64,000 bases of DNA from the human T2T-CHM13v2.0 reference genome, Homo sapiens (GCF_009914755.1 NC_060931.1); one strand, 5' to 3'; shown: positions 1-16,979, counted from the stretch's first letter. Translations and numbers: made by a program. The notes: generated by a model from the sequence alone, not told the origin.

Positions 1-2701
1 AGGGTAGCAGGAAAGAAAAGAGGTACAGTATCTGACAGGGGCCACATTTAGCCCCCTTTTGGGACAAGAGGAAATGAGGAAGAGAGGGCATAGAAAGAGC
101 ACTGGCCTTGCAGTTACTTGGGTTTAAAGCATGGTTCTGAATTTGAACTATTCTGTAACCTTCATAAGCTTCAGTAACACTTTCTGTACAATTGGGATAA
201 TAGTACCACTTTCTGCCTATCATAGGGAGGATGTAAGGAATCAAACCAGACAGTGAAATCAAATAAGTAATACACTCTGAGTATACCCATTTTGTAAACT
301 TTACCTCTCCACATTCCAAACAGGTTCAATTTGCTGCCAAGTCAAGCTGCTGCTATGAACCAGCCAGCTCTGACCTACCCATTGAATTTCATCTCAAGAC
401 ACAGAACATTTGATTTCAAACCATAGAGTGAGGAGGTAGACCAGGGAGGAAGCAGCATCTGTATAGCACGTTTCCTTTCTCCTCCCACTTGCGGGCACTT
501 GGGAAAGCAATCTGAGTGTTCCAAAAGGTCACACACTGTCTAGGCCATGTCAGTGGTGGCTATTCCTCGCTACAGCTGGTAAATTGATATTTAATAGATT
601 TAATAGTTTTTCATTACTTTTAAGAGTCTGATAATGGAAACATTAAATAAATGTAACATATATAAATATAAATACAAAAGAATTGTGTGCCTCTTTTGCA
701 TGTGGAATTTAAGAACAAGAGCTTCATCACTGCTGGGTCTGATATCAACATTGCCTGCTTAAAACATAGCAGTGGCTTACAAGGATCTTGACACTACACA
801 GGATGGATGGCTTTTGGTAACATGGAAACTGGTCATCCTGTTTATGGATGGCTATTTTTCTGCCCTCCTTTCATCCCCTTTTCTCAGACAGTTCTATTGG
901 TGAACATATTCACCAAAGTAGAGGAAGGGAGAGAAGATGAAAAATCATGTAGATGTTACAAGTGCTGTCTCCAGCAAGGCTTAGATAAGAGGATTGAGAT
1001 CATTGCACACCATCTACAAATGTCAAATATTTGTATTATTCAGATCCCCATTATGGCAGAAAACTGCTGAGTTATCTCCTTCCCTAGTCTTTATCTAGAA
1101 GGATGGTGTTTCTCACTGTATGTACTTGGGACTGCTAATGGCCCATGTGGATGAGCCAGGAGTTAGTCTTACAGTATTAATGATTATGACTTAGTTTCTT
1201 GGCTTGAATAGATAATTCATTCATCATTGCTTGACTGTACAAGACCAGTCCTTCATCACTGGGTGCACACACAAGTGGCTGTTCCACAGTGTTCCCAGGA
1301 GGCTTAAAGACCCCTGATTCCATATTTTGCCTTCAGATATCTGGGTTGGGGCCTAGTTTTCATGACTGGTTTAGACTTTCTGCAACTAAAGAGCTTAATC
1401 TTTGGTTCTTGGACCTCTGTGGATTTTGGTGGCCTCCAAAAGAGGAGTTGTGAAGGTTTCTCTAACAACCCTGACTCCACGGGTTCCTTACAGTCTCAGC
1501 CAAGTTTCCATCTGCCCCATCTCCCCCAGCAGCCAGTGGGAGAGGGTCTGACACCTGTGTGTTTATGAGAAAGTGGCATCATCTCGGTGCCTCACGGAGA
1601 GCTATGCCAGGCAGCTCCTCATTGCAAAGATGTGGTGTTTTTAACTAATACGGTATAACCTAGATATCAACCAGGGTCTCAGGACCTTTTCAGAGTTAGA
1701 TAAGATTGATTCAAACATTTTCCCATTGGTTGTAGAAGTACAGAGCTGTGGCAAGATTTATCTGAATTCCTGGAGGTTTTTTAGTATCAACTCTTCTCTA
1801 AATTAGTTTCTTTGCCAAGTTTTGTTCTCCTCTCTGCATCTGGCAGCTGTTCTTCATTTCTGCTGTTCCTTTGATCCAACCCAGGGTCACAGAGCTTTCT
1901 TCTGCTTTGCTACTGCGGTGGGTGGCAGCGGAGACAGAGGGAGACTCTGAGCCCTCCCATTAAAGCCCCTCTTCCAAAGCCTTGAGACGCAGAGTAGGCT
2001 TCCAAGCACCCAGTGGGAGGGACTCAGCACACAGAGAGCGCTGCTGAAAGTCCTTTTCAAAAGCCCTACCTGTCCTTGCCATCAGCCTTTTCACTCCTGA
2101 TTCTGATGAGGAGTTTAAGGGTTATGAAACCAATATTTGGGTATCTTATTTGCATAGTTGCCTCTCAGACTGCCCCCCCACAACCACCACATTGGAATAT
2201 CATAATTAGTGTGTCTTATTCAGGTATGGGGTGGTTTTAGGGCCCGCACCTCACAGTCGTTACCGCCTCCAAGTCCTGGCTTGAACCTCAAGTTGATCTT
2301 CTTCTCTTTGCAAACCAGCTGAATGACTGCAGTTTGGAAGACAGAACTTGCTGGGGGGAAAGAAAAGCTTGACTATGTGCTGTTAAACACCCTGCTTAGA
2401 GAACATTCGTTTGTTGAGTTCCAAATAATTCAGCAAAGAAAAACAATCTCACTGTTTCAAAAATGTAGTTTCATTGTTGTAAAATGAATTATTTGATTAA
2501 TGGCAGTATTTTAGATTTTTTAAAATGTCTTAATTACTTACTATTTTGAACTGAAATATTATTATCAAAAGATTTTGTCCCACTTAAGAGGCAATGGCTT
2601 GTCTCCCAAGGGTTGTGCAGAGGCACCAGTGGGATGTTAATAACCCATGGTCATTTATATATTTATTATTATTTATGATTACAACTGTAATTCCGGGTTC
2701 A

Positions 2702-3089
<388 letters not shown>

Positions 3090-3156
3090 CTAATCACCAG
3101 AAATGGTTGCTTTGATTACTTCCTATGTATATATTATCTTAAAATGTTATTAATTT

Positions 3157-3450
<294 letters not shown>

Positions 3451-3785
3451 AAAATGTTATTAATTTAGTATGACCAACAAATTTGGGTGCTCACTGGACA
3501 TACTCTTCTGCAATTTGCTTCCTTTTTAACTTAACAATACCTCTTGTCCATTCTCAATGTCAGTTCACAAATTACTCATCATTCTGTTTTTTGGGTGTAT
3601 AACTTGTTGATTGACTTTTTATTATTTCTGGGTTTTCCCTTTTATAAACAAGTTGAGTAGAAAAAAATCCTTGCACATATATCTTAATGAACTCGTCTGA
3701 GAATTTTGCAGTATACATTCCCAGAAGTGGGACTCCCACATGGAAGGATAGGCATATTTCAGGATAGTGCTAAGTTGTGTGTTAG

Positions 3786-4160
<375 letters not shown>

Positions 4161-4203
4161 TGTAATTCTTATAGATGAAACTGATGTCCTTATTTAAGTT
4201 TGA

Positions 4204-4522
<319 letters not shown>

Positions 4523-7189
4523 TTAGTTTGAATTTCTTAATTCTCATATTGTGTCTCCTGTTCTACAAAATGCCTGTTTATGTCCTTTTCACTCTTGGCT
4601 TGTTCATTATTTTCTCATTGATTTGTAGAAACTTTTCACTTATTTAGGATATTAGGATTTTGTAATATATAATGTAAGTATGTTTTCTCAGGTTGTGGTT
4701 ACATGTCTTGCCTTTGTTTATGATGTTCTAATGTTAACAGAGAAGTTTTAAAATTTTTTGTAGCCAAATTTATCAATCTTTTCCTTTATGGTTTCTAGCT
4801 TTCCTGTGACGCTGGAAAGGCCTCTCCCTCTTGAAGGTTATAAAAATATTCAGCCATGTTTTCTCTGAAACTTCCATGGTTTTATTCCTTATATTAAAAT
4901 ATTATTTCCTTTGGGAATTTACTCTGATCTGATGTTGGAAGGCAGACAGGGCTCTGGCCATATTTCCTAACAGTGGTCTTGGGAATCCAAAGACAACCGG
5001 GTGTGAATACAAACTGCGTGACATTAGGCGAGTGGCTAATATTCTCTGTGTCCTCGATTCCTCCTCTGTGAAATGGGAATAACCATGGAATGTATTTCAT
5101 AATTGTGCAGTAAGAAGTCAATAAGACTGTAAAGCAAAGAACAGTGACTGGGACATAGTAAACCCTCAGTCTGGGCTGCTAGTTCTGTGTCATTCTTCCG
5201 AGCTAGCCTGTCTTTCCAATGCCACAGCTGGAAGAATCTTCTTTCCCCAGCTGTGAAATGCCCCCTGTTAATGGAAGACACATGCCAGGCTCCCAGGGGC
5301 CCTGTTGGTTTCTGGGCTCACTCTTCTGTCCATCTGCTTCAGGGCCAGTTCCTCCTCCATGTCCCTAGGGTTTGCTCACTCCTGGCCTGGGAAGTCTCGC
5401 CACCCTCTCACTGCTCAGAGCCTTCTCACCTCCGGAACCAACTTGCTCTCCTGCTCTCATTCCCTTCAGCTCCTGTAGCTACAGCCAGACCCATCCACCT
5501 TCTGGCATCTCTTCCTAAGTTTTCTTTAAATGTACCAAGAAGAGTGAGACCTTTGGTTATCCTTAATTTTCAGATTTAAAAACCAGAGAATTAGAGAGGG
5601 TAGCTTTAGGGTAGGACGGACTGTGTTCTTTTCTCAGCTCTGCCATAGACTGGTCAATTCACTTACCTTCTCTGAGCCCCAGTTCCCATCTGTAAAACAG
5701 GGACAAGAATGCCTGCCTTTGGGGGTTGTTAGGAAGATCCCGTGGAGATGCACACACCCCTAGCATAGTGCCTAACACACGGGAACCAGCTTCCAAGTGA
5801 CAAGGCCTGACAGTCAGAACTTCTGATTCCAGATCCAGGACAGGCTGGCCCTACCATCTGCCTTCCTAAAGCTGGCTGGCTAGGAAGATTGGACTATGTC
5901 ACAGGATGGTCTTCGGATCTCATCAAAATCTCATCTAGGCCCTTCTCTGGGGATTGCACCTTCTTCAGGATGCTCATTCCAGCCAGTAATGTGCTCCAAC
6001 TGAATGCCAACTGCAGCCCAGCTAATTGCTACTGCTAAATATATAATGAGCCCTGTACCGCTCAAGCAGCATGTCTTCTTCACCATGGTGATCAGGCGGC
6101 TTCTGTCTCCAAACACATTCCTCTGCAGCATATGTCTAGAGACAGAAGGAGCCAACAGAACTGTGCGTCTGGCAAAGGAGGGTGCCCCCACCCCCGAGCC
6201 CCTGGCTGTTAGAATCCAGTGGCCTGGCTCTGCCCTCTGGGAAGTCCGTTCTTCGGAAACCCTCCTGTCAACACCAAATTCACAAATTTCCATCACCTAA
6301 AATGGATTCAGGAAAGAAGCACCCAAGAGCAGGAGACTACACAGGTAACAGCTGCGAAGCTGGGGTAAATCACAGAGGCAGGATTCACTGGGATCATTCA
6401 GAAAGTGATACAGCAAATCCTAGAAGCACCCACAGGAATCCTCTCTAGAAGATTCTCTTTAAGGATGAAGCTAAAAAATGTAGATGCCTCAAGAGAGCTT
6501 CTTGCTTCTAAAGTAATTGTAAGATAAGCAATTCTCAGGGTCCTTTTGGAGCAAGGGACAGACAGAAAGCAGTGTGTGGGGGCTGCAGCTGGCAGGGGCC
6601 AGCCCACGTGTGATGACTGCAGCTCTCTCTCCTGGGACTCGTTCCCATGGCCTTCTCTGCCATCATCAGCCAAGGCAACCTTGCCTGGCCCCGATTTTCA
6701 TTTAAGTGCCTTTGGGCTGCCTCCCATGGAGTTCAGTGGCACCATGCTGGTGCCTCACGGAGCTTAGTTATTGAATACTAAAGCCGCTCCTGCCGGCCCT
6801 TCCCCTGCACCATGCAGTGAAGCTCTCAGTTCACGGTGAAGATTCCTTACCTCACATGCTGCTGCGTGGAGCTGGCTTTAGTTTCCATGTTGCTGATTAG
6901 GAAGCCCAATTCATGGATTGAAGCCTTTTTCCCCAAGCTGCCGCCTCAGGTCCCACAACCACAGAACCAGAGGATTCGATGGCCCTGCTTCAACTCTTCC
7001 GAGGGTGCTGGGGGCTGCCTGGGGTGGAGGAAGCGAATCAACAGGACGTCCCCTACGCAACTTAAGTAGGGGTCTCAATTTTATCTGTTTTACAGATTTT
7101 TAAAAATCCATATAAGATTTCATTGGAAAAAGAGTTCAGAGGCTAAAAAGATGGGGAAAGTCAGTGCTTTGGGCACGTGATCTTTTTAA

Positions 7190-7501
<312 letters not shown>

Positions 7502-7926
7502 TGATCTTTTTTAAAAACAGCTATATTGAGATATAATTTACATACAATATAACACGTCCTTTTTAGTAAACAGTTCTGAGTTCTGTGAATCACACACTCA
7601 TGTAACTGCCACTGCAATCAAGATGTAGAACATTTCTATCACTCCAAAATTTCCACCTGCCCCTTCGTGGCCAACTACAAGTCAGCCCACCCCCAGCTCC
7701 TGGAAGATGGAGATCTATTTTCTGTTCTTATAGTTTTCCCTTTTCCAGAGTGTCATATAAGTGAAGTGATAACATATGCTGCCTTTTTATTCTGAAATAA
7801 CTGTAGATTCACACACAATTGTAAGAAATGTTTCTGAGAGATCCCCTATATCCTTTATTCAGTTTTATCAGTGGTAACATGTTACCAAACTACAGGATAA
7901 TATCACAACCAGGATATTGACATTGA

Positions 7927-8415
<489 letters not shown>

Positions 8416-9030
8416 TAAGGACTGGCTTTTTTTCACTCAGCATAATTCTCTGGGGAGTCATCCGGGTTGTTGAGTACATGAATATTTAGTCCCGTTTTAT
8501 TGCTGAGTGGTATCCCATGGTAGGAGGTAGTACAATTTGTGTAATCATTCACCCATAGAAAGACATCTGAGTTGTTTCCAGTTTGGGGCTCCTATGAATA
8601 AAGCTGCTATAAACATTTGTATACAGTTTTCTGTGTAAACCAAAGTCTTCATTTCTCTGGGATAAATGCCTGTAAAGTTGCTGGTCATATGGTAGTTGCA
8701 TGTTTAGTTTTTAAAGAAACTGTCAAACTGTTTTCCAGAGTGGTTGTACTGTTTCACATTCCCACCAGCAACACATGAGGGATCCAATCTCTCTGCACCC
8801 TGGAAAGCATTTGGTGTTGTCACTATGTTTTATTTTAGCCATTCTGATATGTGCATGTTGGTCTCTCATTGTGGCTGTAATTTGCATTTCCTTAGTGACT
8901 TATGATGCTACCCATCTTTTTCTGTGCTATCTGTGTATGTTCTTTGGTGAAATGTCTCTTGACATCTTTTGTCCATGTTCTACTTGGATTGTTTTCTTTT
9001 TTACTGTTGAGCTCTGAGAGTTTAAAAATA

Positions 9031-9512
9031 GGCCAGGCACAGTGGCTCGTGCCTGTAGTCCCAGCACTTTGGGGGGCTATATGGTTTGGCTCTGTGTCCC
9101 CACCCAAATCTCATCTTGAATTGTACTCCCATAATTCCCATGCGTTGTGGGAGGGACCCAGTGGGAGATGACCGAATCGGGGGGACAGTTTCCCCCATAC
9201 TGTTCTGGTGGTAGTCAATAAGTCTCATGAGATCTAATGGTTTTATAAGGGGTTTCTACTTTCGCTTCTCTCTCTTCTCTTGTCTGCCACCATGTGAGGT
9301 GTGACTTTCACCTTCCTCCATGATTGTGAGGCCTCCCCAGCCATGTGGAACTGTGAGTCCATTCAACTTCTTCCTTTTGTGAATCGCCCAGTCTTGGGTA
9401 TGTCTTTATCAGAAAGGTGAAAATGGACAAATACAGGGGCCAAAGCAGGAGGGTCGCTTAAGCTCAACAGTTCAAGACCAGCCTGGGCAACAAAGTGAGA
9501 ACCACTTCTCTC
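9031..9512 (+). mobile_element. Alu left-arm monomer (FLAM/AluJ-like) split by a THE1 LTR
   Basis: ggccaggcacagtggctc...cactttggggggc continues after the LTR as caaagcaggagggtcgctt...cagcctgggcaac. Confidence 0.8.
9078..9435 (+). mobile_element. THE1 (THE1B/C-like) MaLR solo LTR
   Basis: Starts atatggtttggctctgtgtccccacccaaatctc and ends ggacaaataca. 5-bp TSD GGGGC at 9073-9077 and 9436-9440. Confidence 0.92.
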
Positions 9513-11009
9513 CAAAATTTTTTTTGAATAGCCAGGTTAATCTTATATGTATTTTTTAGTTATTCATTTTTTGTCACATATGTGATTTGCAACTATTTTC
9601 TGTCACTCTGGCAGCCTGTCTTTTCATTCTCTTAACAGGATCTTTGTAGAGCAAAAGTTTTTCATTTTTATTGCTCACTGAGGTATTTCTATCAGGGCTT
9701 CTTTAAAATTTTTGTCTAATGATCCTAGCATCTCAGTCATCTTAATGTTCACATCTATTGATTGTCTTTTTTCTCCAAATTTGACATTTTCCTGGTTCTT
9801 CAATAGGCCAAGTGATTTTTGTAATCGAAAATGAGACATTTTCATATGATGTAATGAGACTCTGGCTCTGATTTCAACCTCCTGTTGTAGCTGGCTTTTT
9901 GTGGCACTGCTCCTGCAGGGGAGGCGGAAGGCACCACCTGATTACCGCCAGGTGGAGGTCACAGCTCAGGCTCCCCACCAAGCCTCTGCTGACACCCAAG
10001 GGGGGAGGTTCCTTGTTACGGGGCAGGGTGGGAGTTCTGACTCCCTCGTCTCCGAGGTCGGGGTGGCCTCATTACTGCCAGGAGACCGTGAAAGTTCTGA
10101 CTCTCCATTTGGCCTCCTCTGACACTGCCCCAGTGAGGAAGGGAAGGGGCACCCCGTTACTGCCAGGAGCGAACGGAAGGCCAGGCCCCCTGTAGGGTTT
10201 CCTCTGACACTGGAGAGCTGGGGTTTCATTTCCAACTGACAGGGATGGAAGTGCAGGCTCCCCAACTTGGTTTTTTTTGACACCACCTCTGGACAGGTGT
10301 TAGGAGCCTCCTTACAGCCTGGCTGCCAGCTCCCCACTTGGTCTTTGCTGGCATGAATGGGGAGAGCACAGTTTTTTTCTATGATAATTTTGCTGGAGTA
10401 GAGCAGTAATTGTCTAAAAGTTTTCTGTCTTGCTAGGCTGCCCCTTCCCTGGTGCTTTGCCTTCGAGAGGAGGGGCCTTTCTTGGGGCTCTTCTTGTCTA
10501 TGATGGTTGGTGTTTCTAGAAGGCCACCTCTTCAGCTCCAAATCTGGGATATACAGGGACAAAAAGAAAACCCAGTGTCATCACTCAGGTCCCAAGATGT
10601 CTAGCCAGTCTGTCACCTTCTCTCTGTCTTTCAGAATCTTGTGTTTATTTTACACATACATATGTAAAATATATATATTTTATATATATAAATCTTGTGT
10701 TTATTTTATGTGTATATATATATATACACACACACATATGTATATAATGTCTAGGGCATTTATTTGTAGTTAGTGAAAAGAATAGGGAAAAGTTTATCTA
10801 CTCCACCTTCCCAGAAACAGAAGTCACAGTATATGGCCTTTTGAGTCTGACTTCTATCACTCAGCAGAATGCACTGAAGATTCATAATGCGATGAGTTTT
10901 GACAAAGGTATGCAGCTGCATAACCTCTATCACAAACATGACATAAAACATTCCTATTATACCAAAACATTCCCTTGGGAACATGTGATTTTGTTTTAAA
11001 TGAAAATTG

Positions 11010-11888
<879 letters not shown>

Positions 11889-12300
11889 TACTCGAGTCCT
11901 CACCTCGCCCAAGTCTGATCTCTGCTTTCCAGCCCCATCCTGCCTCTCTCTCTTTGTCTCTCCACACTCCAGCCATATTGGTCTTTTGGGTTCCTCTCCC
12001 TCAAGAACTCCATGCCTAGAATGTTCTGATACCTCCTAACTTCTCAGCAATCCTTACCCTCAGTGAGTCCTGTCTGTCCTGCTGATCAGCTCTGATGTTG
12101 ATTCTCCAAGGAAGGCCCTTCCTGGTTAGGCAGGTTGTCCAGTTATGCCCTTCACTTAGGGGTTTTCCTTGTCTTCCATTTGAAACACTTGCTGTAATTG
12201 CAGTGTAATACATAACTGAGTGATTCCTCATCTAACATGTCTCCCTCATTTCCAGTGGACCCTCCCTGAGGGCTGGGACTATCTGTCCTGTTCACAGCTG

Positions 12301-13307
12301 TGTAGGGACCAGCCCCACAGGGTCGGTGGATCTCTCCCTGTTTGCGGCGATGAGAGAGTGTAGAAAGAAAGACACAAGACAAAGAGACAAGAGAAAAGGC
12401 AGCTGGGCCCGGGGGACCACTACCACCAATGTGCGGAGACCGGTAGTGGCCCCGAATGTCTGGCTGCACTGTTATTTATTGGATACAAGGCAGAAGGGGC
12501 AGGGTAAAGAATGTGAGTCACCTCCAATGATAGGTAAGGTTACGTGGGTCACTTGTCCACTGGACAGGGGGCCCTTCCCTGCCTGGCAGCCGAGGCAGAG
12601 AGGGAGAAGAGACAGAGAGAAAGACAGCTTATGCCATTATTTCTGCATATCAGGGACTATTAGTACTTTCACTAATTTACTACTGCTATCTAGAAGGCAG
12701 AGCCAGCTGTACAGGATGGAACATGAAGGCGGACTAGGAGTGTGACCACTGAAGCACAGCATCACAGGGAGACGGTTAGGCCTCCGGATAACTGCGGGCG
12801 AGCCTGACTAATGTCAGGCCCTCCACAAGAAGTGGAGGAGCAGAGTCTTCTCTAAACTCCCCCGGGGAAAGGGAGACTCCCTTTCCCGGTCTGCTAAGCA
12901 GCCGGTGTTTTTCCTTGACACTGAGGCTACTGCTAGACCACCGTCCGCTCGGCAACAGGCGTCTTCCCAGACACTGGCGTTACCGCTAGACCAAGGAGCC
13001 CTTCTGCTGGCCCCGTCTGGGCATAACAGAAGGCTCACACTCTTGTCTTCTGGTCACACCTCACTATGTCCCCTCAGTTCCTATCTCTGTATGGCCTGGT
13101 TTTTCCTAGGCTATGATTATAGAGCGAGGATTATTATAATATTGGAATAAAAAGTACTTGCTACAAACTAATGATTAATGATATTCATATATAATCATAT
13201 CTAAGATCTATATCTGGTATAACTATCCTTGTTTTAGATTTTATTATACTGGAACAGCTCGTGTCCTCTGTCCCTTGCCTCGGCGCCTGGGTGGCTTGCC
13301 GCCCACA
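12301..13307 (-). mobile_element. LTR13 (ERVK / HML-4) solo LTR, 1007 bp, inserted in an L2 3' end
   Basis: Minus strand begins TGTGGGCGGCAAGCCACCCAGGCGCCGAGGCAAG and ends CCCTACA. Perfect 6-bp TSD CAGCTG (12295-12300 / 13308-13313). CpG-rich and little diverged. Confidence 0.93.
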
Positions 13308-13495
13308 CAGCTGTATCCTATGTACCTGGCACAAGGCACAGCCCCTTGTGTGTGATGAATGGATGGAGAGATATATAGATTTCTTCTCAAGAAAGAATGT
13401 ATGAGTGTAGCTTTGGGGACAGAGCATTTCCTGTAGAACTCCAAAAAACTTTCCATTTCTGAACAGAAAGTGTGTGAGTTCTTAATTAAAACAAA

Positions 13496-13499
<4 letters not shown>

Positions 13500-13529
<30 letters not shown>
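13500..13529. repeat. (TG)n microsatellite, about 15 units
   Basis: Read directly. Confidence 0.95.
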
Positions 13530-13533
<4 letters not shown>

Positions 13534-13751
13534 TAAAAAAAACACACTTACTACAGGCAGAGAGGGTGACCTTTCACTCTGGTTGTCCTCAATACAGAGT
13601 GACCCCAGAAGCTTTTACAAATTCCTGCTCTTGGGCTTCTCCTGTGTTAATTGCATCAGAATCTTGTGGGTAGAAGTGGGCATCAGGGTTTTTACAGGTG
13701 AGGGTTGAAAGCCTTGACAGGACGTCTAGGTGAGACCCTGAGGATGGTCAC

Positions 13752-14319
13752 CTGCTTGAGGGAAGCTGCCGGAATTGAGAGTGTTCTCCAAGGGCCAGCA
13801 AGGAGGCTCCAATCTCAGACCTGGGGGTCACATTTGTGACCATGCCCCTGGTAGTGGGCTGTACTGGAGGGTATTGAGAACAGCTGCAGGGCTAGAGTCC
13901 TTGCAAAGGAGAGGGCAGTCAGGATTTGGAGGAATGGGGGCAGGGGCCCTCCTACCAGTGGGCCTTGGTGGGGCGGGGGGTACCTTTTCAAAAGGACTGG
14001 AGAAGTTCTGGTAAGAACCACCCTCAGTCCTGGGCAATCGTAGTCCTGCCCTGAGCTCTATACTTCAGGGGACCCTGCTCTGGTCCTCTCCAGGTACCCC
14101 TCTCTCAGGAGTCCTTGGGGCTTAGGGGATCTACTTATCAGAGCCTTTGCACCCCTTTCAAGACCACGCGCCAGGTCCCAGGATTCTGGAATACCTGTCC
14201 CAACGCCCTGAGCCTGCTCCCAGCTCTGTGAGAACCTCCTTCCTGGCTCCATCTGCTCCAAAGAAGACTGTGCGGCAAGTCATGCACCCTAGGCCTGAGG
14301 GTGGACAGCAAGGTGCTGT
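13752..14319 (-). pseudogene. Candidate next exon of the same decayed gene (proline-rich; 3' boundary uncertain)
   Basis: Acceptor ccctccacaccagcttgCAG|ACA at 14319 is in phase 0, matching the phase-0 donor at 14814. ORFs 14158-14370 and 13828-14037 are in this frame (SYQNFSSPFEKVPPAPPRPTGRRAPAPIPP). About 5 stops. Confidence 0.3.
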
Positions 14320-14813
14320 CTGCAAGCTGGTGTGGAGGGATTGGGCTGACCTGTCCATATACATGCTCATGGACCATTTGTGCTAAGAAATGGTGGCAGG
14401 GTGGGACAGGGAAGGAAGAGAAGGGAATAGACCAGGGGCCGGGCACCTCCAGTCCCCACAGTTACTGAAGGCAGGCCTGGAACATGCCCCTAATCTCTTC
14501 TCTCCTATTCAGCTCATCCCTTGAATGCATTAACCTTGTTCTTGAAACCACACTGATTGTCTCTAAGCCTGCTGTGTACCCCCTTCTCTCTGCAGACAGT
14601 GCGCCGCTCCTGGTCTGCTTCCTGGCCCCCACCCCAGCCTCCAGGCTCAGTTCTCCTAGGCCAAGCGTCCCTGGCCTTGCCAGGTGGAGTCCTTCCCTCC
14701 CTCCTTGGTTCCCCCAAGACTGTGGCTTGTCTATTGCCTCTGGTCTGAGGCCAGTCACTCTAACCTGTGTATATGGGCATAAAGCTTTGTCCCCTCCATA
14801 GATGGCACCTTAC

Positions 14814-15711
14814 TTCTCCTGGGTCCCCAGCCCTGGTCACTGCATCTGGCACAGGAGCACCATTTATGGACTGGCTCATGAACTGGATTGAATCATTTTG
14901 GTAATTCCGCCAGGAAGGCTTTGGAGGCCTCCTTTGATACTGACTCCCAAATTCTGGTTTCTTTTAGGAAATACAGTGCTTGTTTTGAAGGGTCCGTGTC
15001 TTCAGCTGAAGTGAGGGCTCTGCGGGATATTGATCTACACCAGCCTGTCCAGCCTCTGAGCTGTCTTAATGCATGTTGAGCCACTGTCTATCTCCCTCAC
15101 TTTCCTCACCAACTACATGGCTGGGTGGGCAGCAGGCATGTGCACTCGTGTGTCCGCACTGCCTGCAGCGCAGAAGTGTTCTGGGGAGCTTAGCTGCCTG
15201 TGGAGGAGGAGACATTGTGCCCTGTTTGCCCGGGACAAGCTGCATGTATGTCTGCTGTTCCAGCATCATTGTTAATAGGGCCCTTTCCACTCTCAAAAGC
15301 ATCTCATCCCTCAACAAGATAAACAACAGGTCCTCAAGCAGCAGAACCTCGTGTCTTGCTGTCGAGCTCATCAGCCTGAACATTTGCAGTTTTTCTTGAG
15401 TTCTGGGAATTCTCAGATGGACTGTATTTTTAGGAAAGGTTGGCAGAAAGCTGGGTGATTTTCTTGGCCCCATTATACATTCTAATGGGTTCTCTTTAAA
15501 ATTGAAGGAAGTGGTTTTTAAATATTTAGTCAAATCTACTGGCTCTAAGACTACGTTTTCAAAGAACATTGGTGAAGCAGGCCCGGAGGAGTCTTTCTGT
15601 GATTTAATGCTGACCACTGTTTTCCAAGTCACAGGAAAAGAGGCATGGACTGACAGAAGAAACTTTTCCAGCAAGTGCTTGTACACCTTTGCTAGTGGCT
15701 GGTCCTCTCGT
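14814..15711 (-). pseudogene. Large decayed coding-like exon (299 codons in one frame, 2 in-frame TAA stops) of an unidentified gene
   Basis: Minus strand: acceptor tttgtgtgtttatctggTAGCAG|ACGAGAG at 15711 and donor GGAGAA|GTAAGG at 14814. It contains most of the longest ORF in the window (15066-15764, REDQPLAKVYKHLLEKFLL...). The same frame reads on to the donor with stops only at 15066-15068 and 14964-14966. No repeat similarity recognised. Confidence 0.55.
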
Positions 15712-16889
15712 CTGCTACCAGATAAACACACAAATGCTAAGTGATATGAATTTTTAAAGTTCAAGAAAGTATAACCTAAGTATAATTAATGAGGTGAGAA
15801 TGCTTGCATACTTGGAACATGACCGTTTTTGCATTTGGTAAAATTATTCAGAGTTCGTATGATGGAATTTAATATATCAACATGTCATGGAGTTTCAGTA
15901 TTCAGCTAATATCTAACACCTGCTGAGTCCTCATATGTGCCAGGCGTGAAGTGAGAAATAGACATTGTCTATTTCATCCTTGCAACAGCCCCATGAAATA
16001 GGTACACTTATGGTTACTCCATTATAGAGAAGAGGAAACTCGGGTTTCGAATGGTAGAAAACTTGCTCCAGGTCTCATGACTTCTGGGTGCCCTGCCACC
16101 CACACTCGTTTGAAATCCTCTTTGAAAAGTCTTAAATAGTCACTATCGTCCTAAAATCTTCTATCATTTGGTTTTTGCCCGTAGGCTGATTCCATAGCAA
16201 TCAGAGACAGCTCCTGAAGGCACAATGATTATCTGAATTTTCCTTTTGACTCTGAAAAGGCTTCTTTTGCCATATTTTTTTTTCTTTTAAGGCACAGACT
16301 AGTGAATCTGTGGAAACTGAGGCCACATTATACTAAATGTCACACTGCTGGATTGCCTGGGGCCCTCGCCAAGCCAGAAGTTCTGCAGGCTGCCCCTTAG
16401 CTAGATCTCCACCCAGACCCCACTTAGGTCGGCCCTGTCCATTTCTTAGCTTGCCTGAAGAGGGCGCTTTGGGATTGGTGTCATCTAGCACGTAGTAGGT
16501 GCTCAGCAGATGTTGGTTTTAAGCATGAAAATGTTAAGTGAAGGAGCAATGACCCAACCTCACTTTCACTAGGACTATGGAAGGGAATCGAGCCAAAACC
16601 ACTGCATTTGAGCAGATCCCCTTGCTGTGAGTTTCTGAGTGACTGCCAGGAAATGGAATCCCTGTGTTCTCTGACTGATCTATCATAGGAGATAAGCTTG
16701 GCTGTGCTAAGGCTTGCCCTTGGGCCCATGACCTCCAAAGGTGGGGAGAGAAACCTTACCCAGCTGTGCTCTGCCCGTGGAGCTGGACCTACACAGGTTG
16801 GCTGCTTCTCCACCCACCTCTGAGCCTTTTGCTGCTGTGCGAGGGCAGGCATGCTTCTCACTCTTGCCACCTATTCTCCCTGTACTTAC

Positions 16890-16979
16890 CTTCATTATGG
16901 GACTGGGCATGTCATTGCCCCCAGTAGACAGGGTGCCATCAGGCAGGACACACCAGTATCCTTAACCCTCAGCACTGTG
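16890..16979 (-). pseudogene. Candidate 90-nt exon (phase 0-0, one stop)
   Basis: Acceptor ctgtgttccCAG and consensus donor AAG|GTAAGT. Reads HSAEG*GYWCVLPDGTLSTGGNDMPSPIMK. Confidence 0.3.

Noticed and set aside
9966-10562. 198-aa minus-strand ORF
   Set aside because: Lies in an old L1 5'-region fragment, has no recognisable domain, and has no supporting splice context.
10635-10750. 18-bp direct repeat AATCTTGTGTTTATTTTA around a (TA)n tract
   Set aside because: Explained by slippage at a TA/CA microsatellite within L1.
15300-15350. HEVLLLEDLLFILL resembles a RhoGEF PH-domain strand (VLLLEDLLVLL)
   Set aside because: A short hydrophobic match only; the flanks do not fit a DH-PH domain, so no gene name is assigned.
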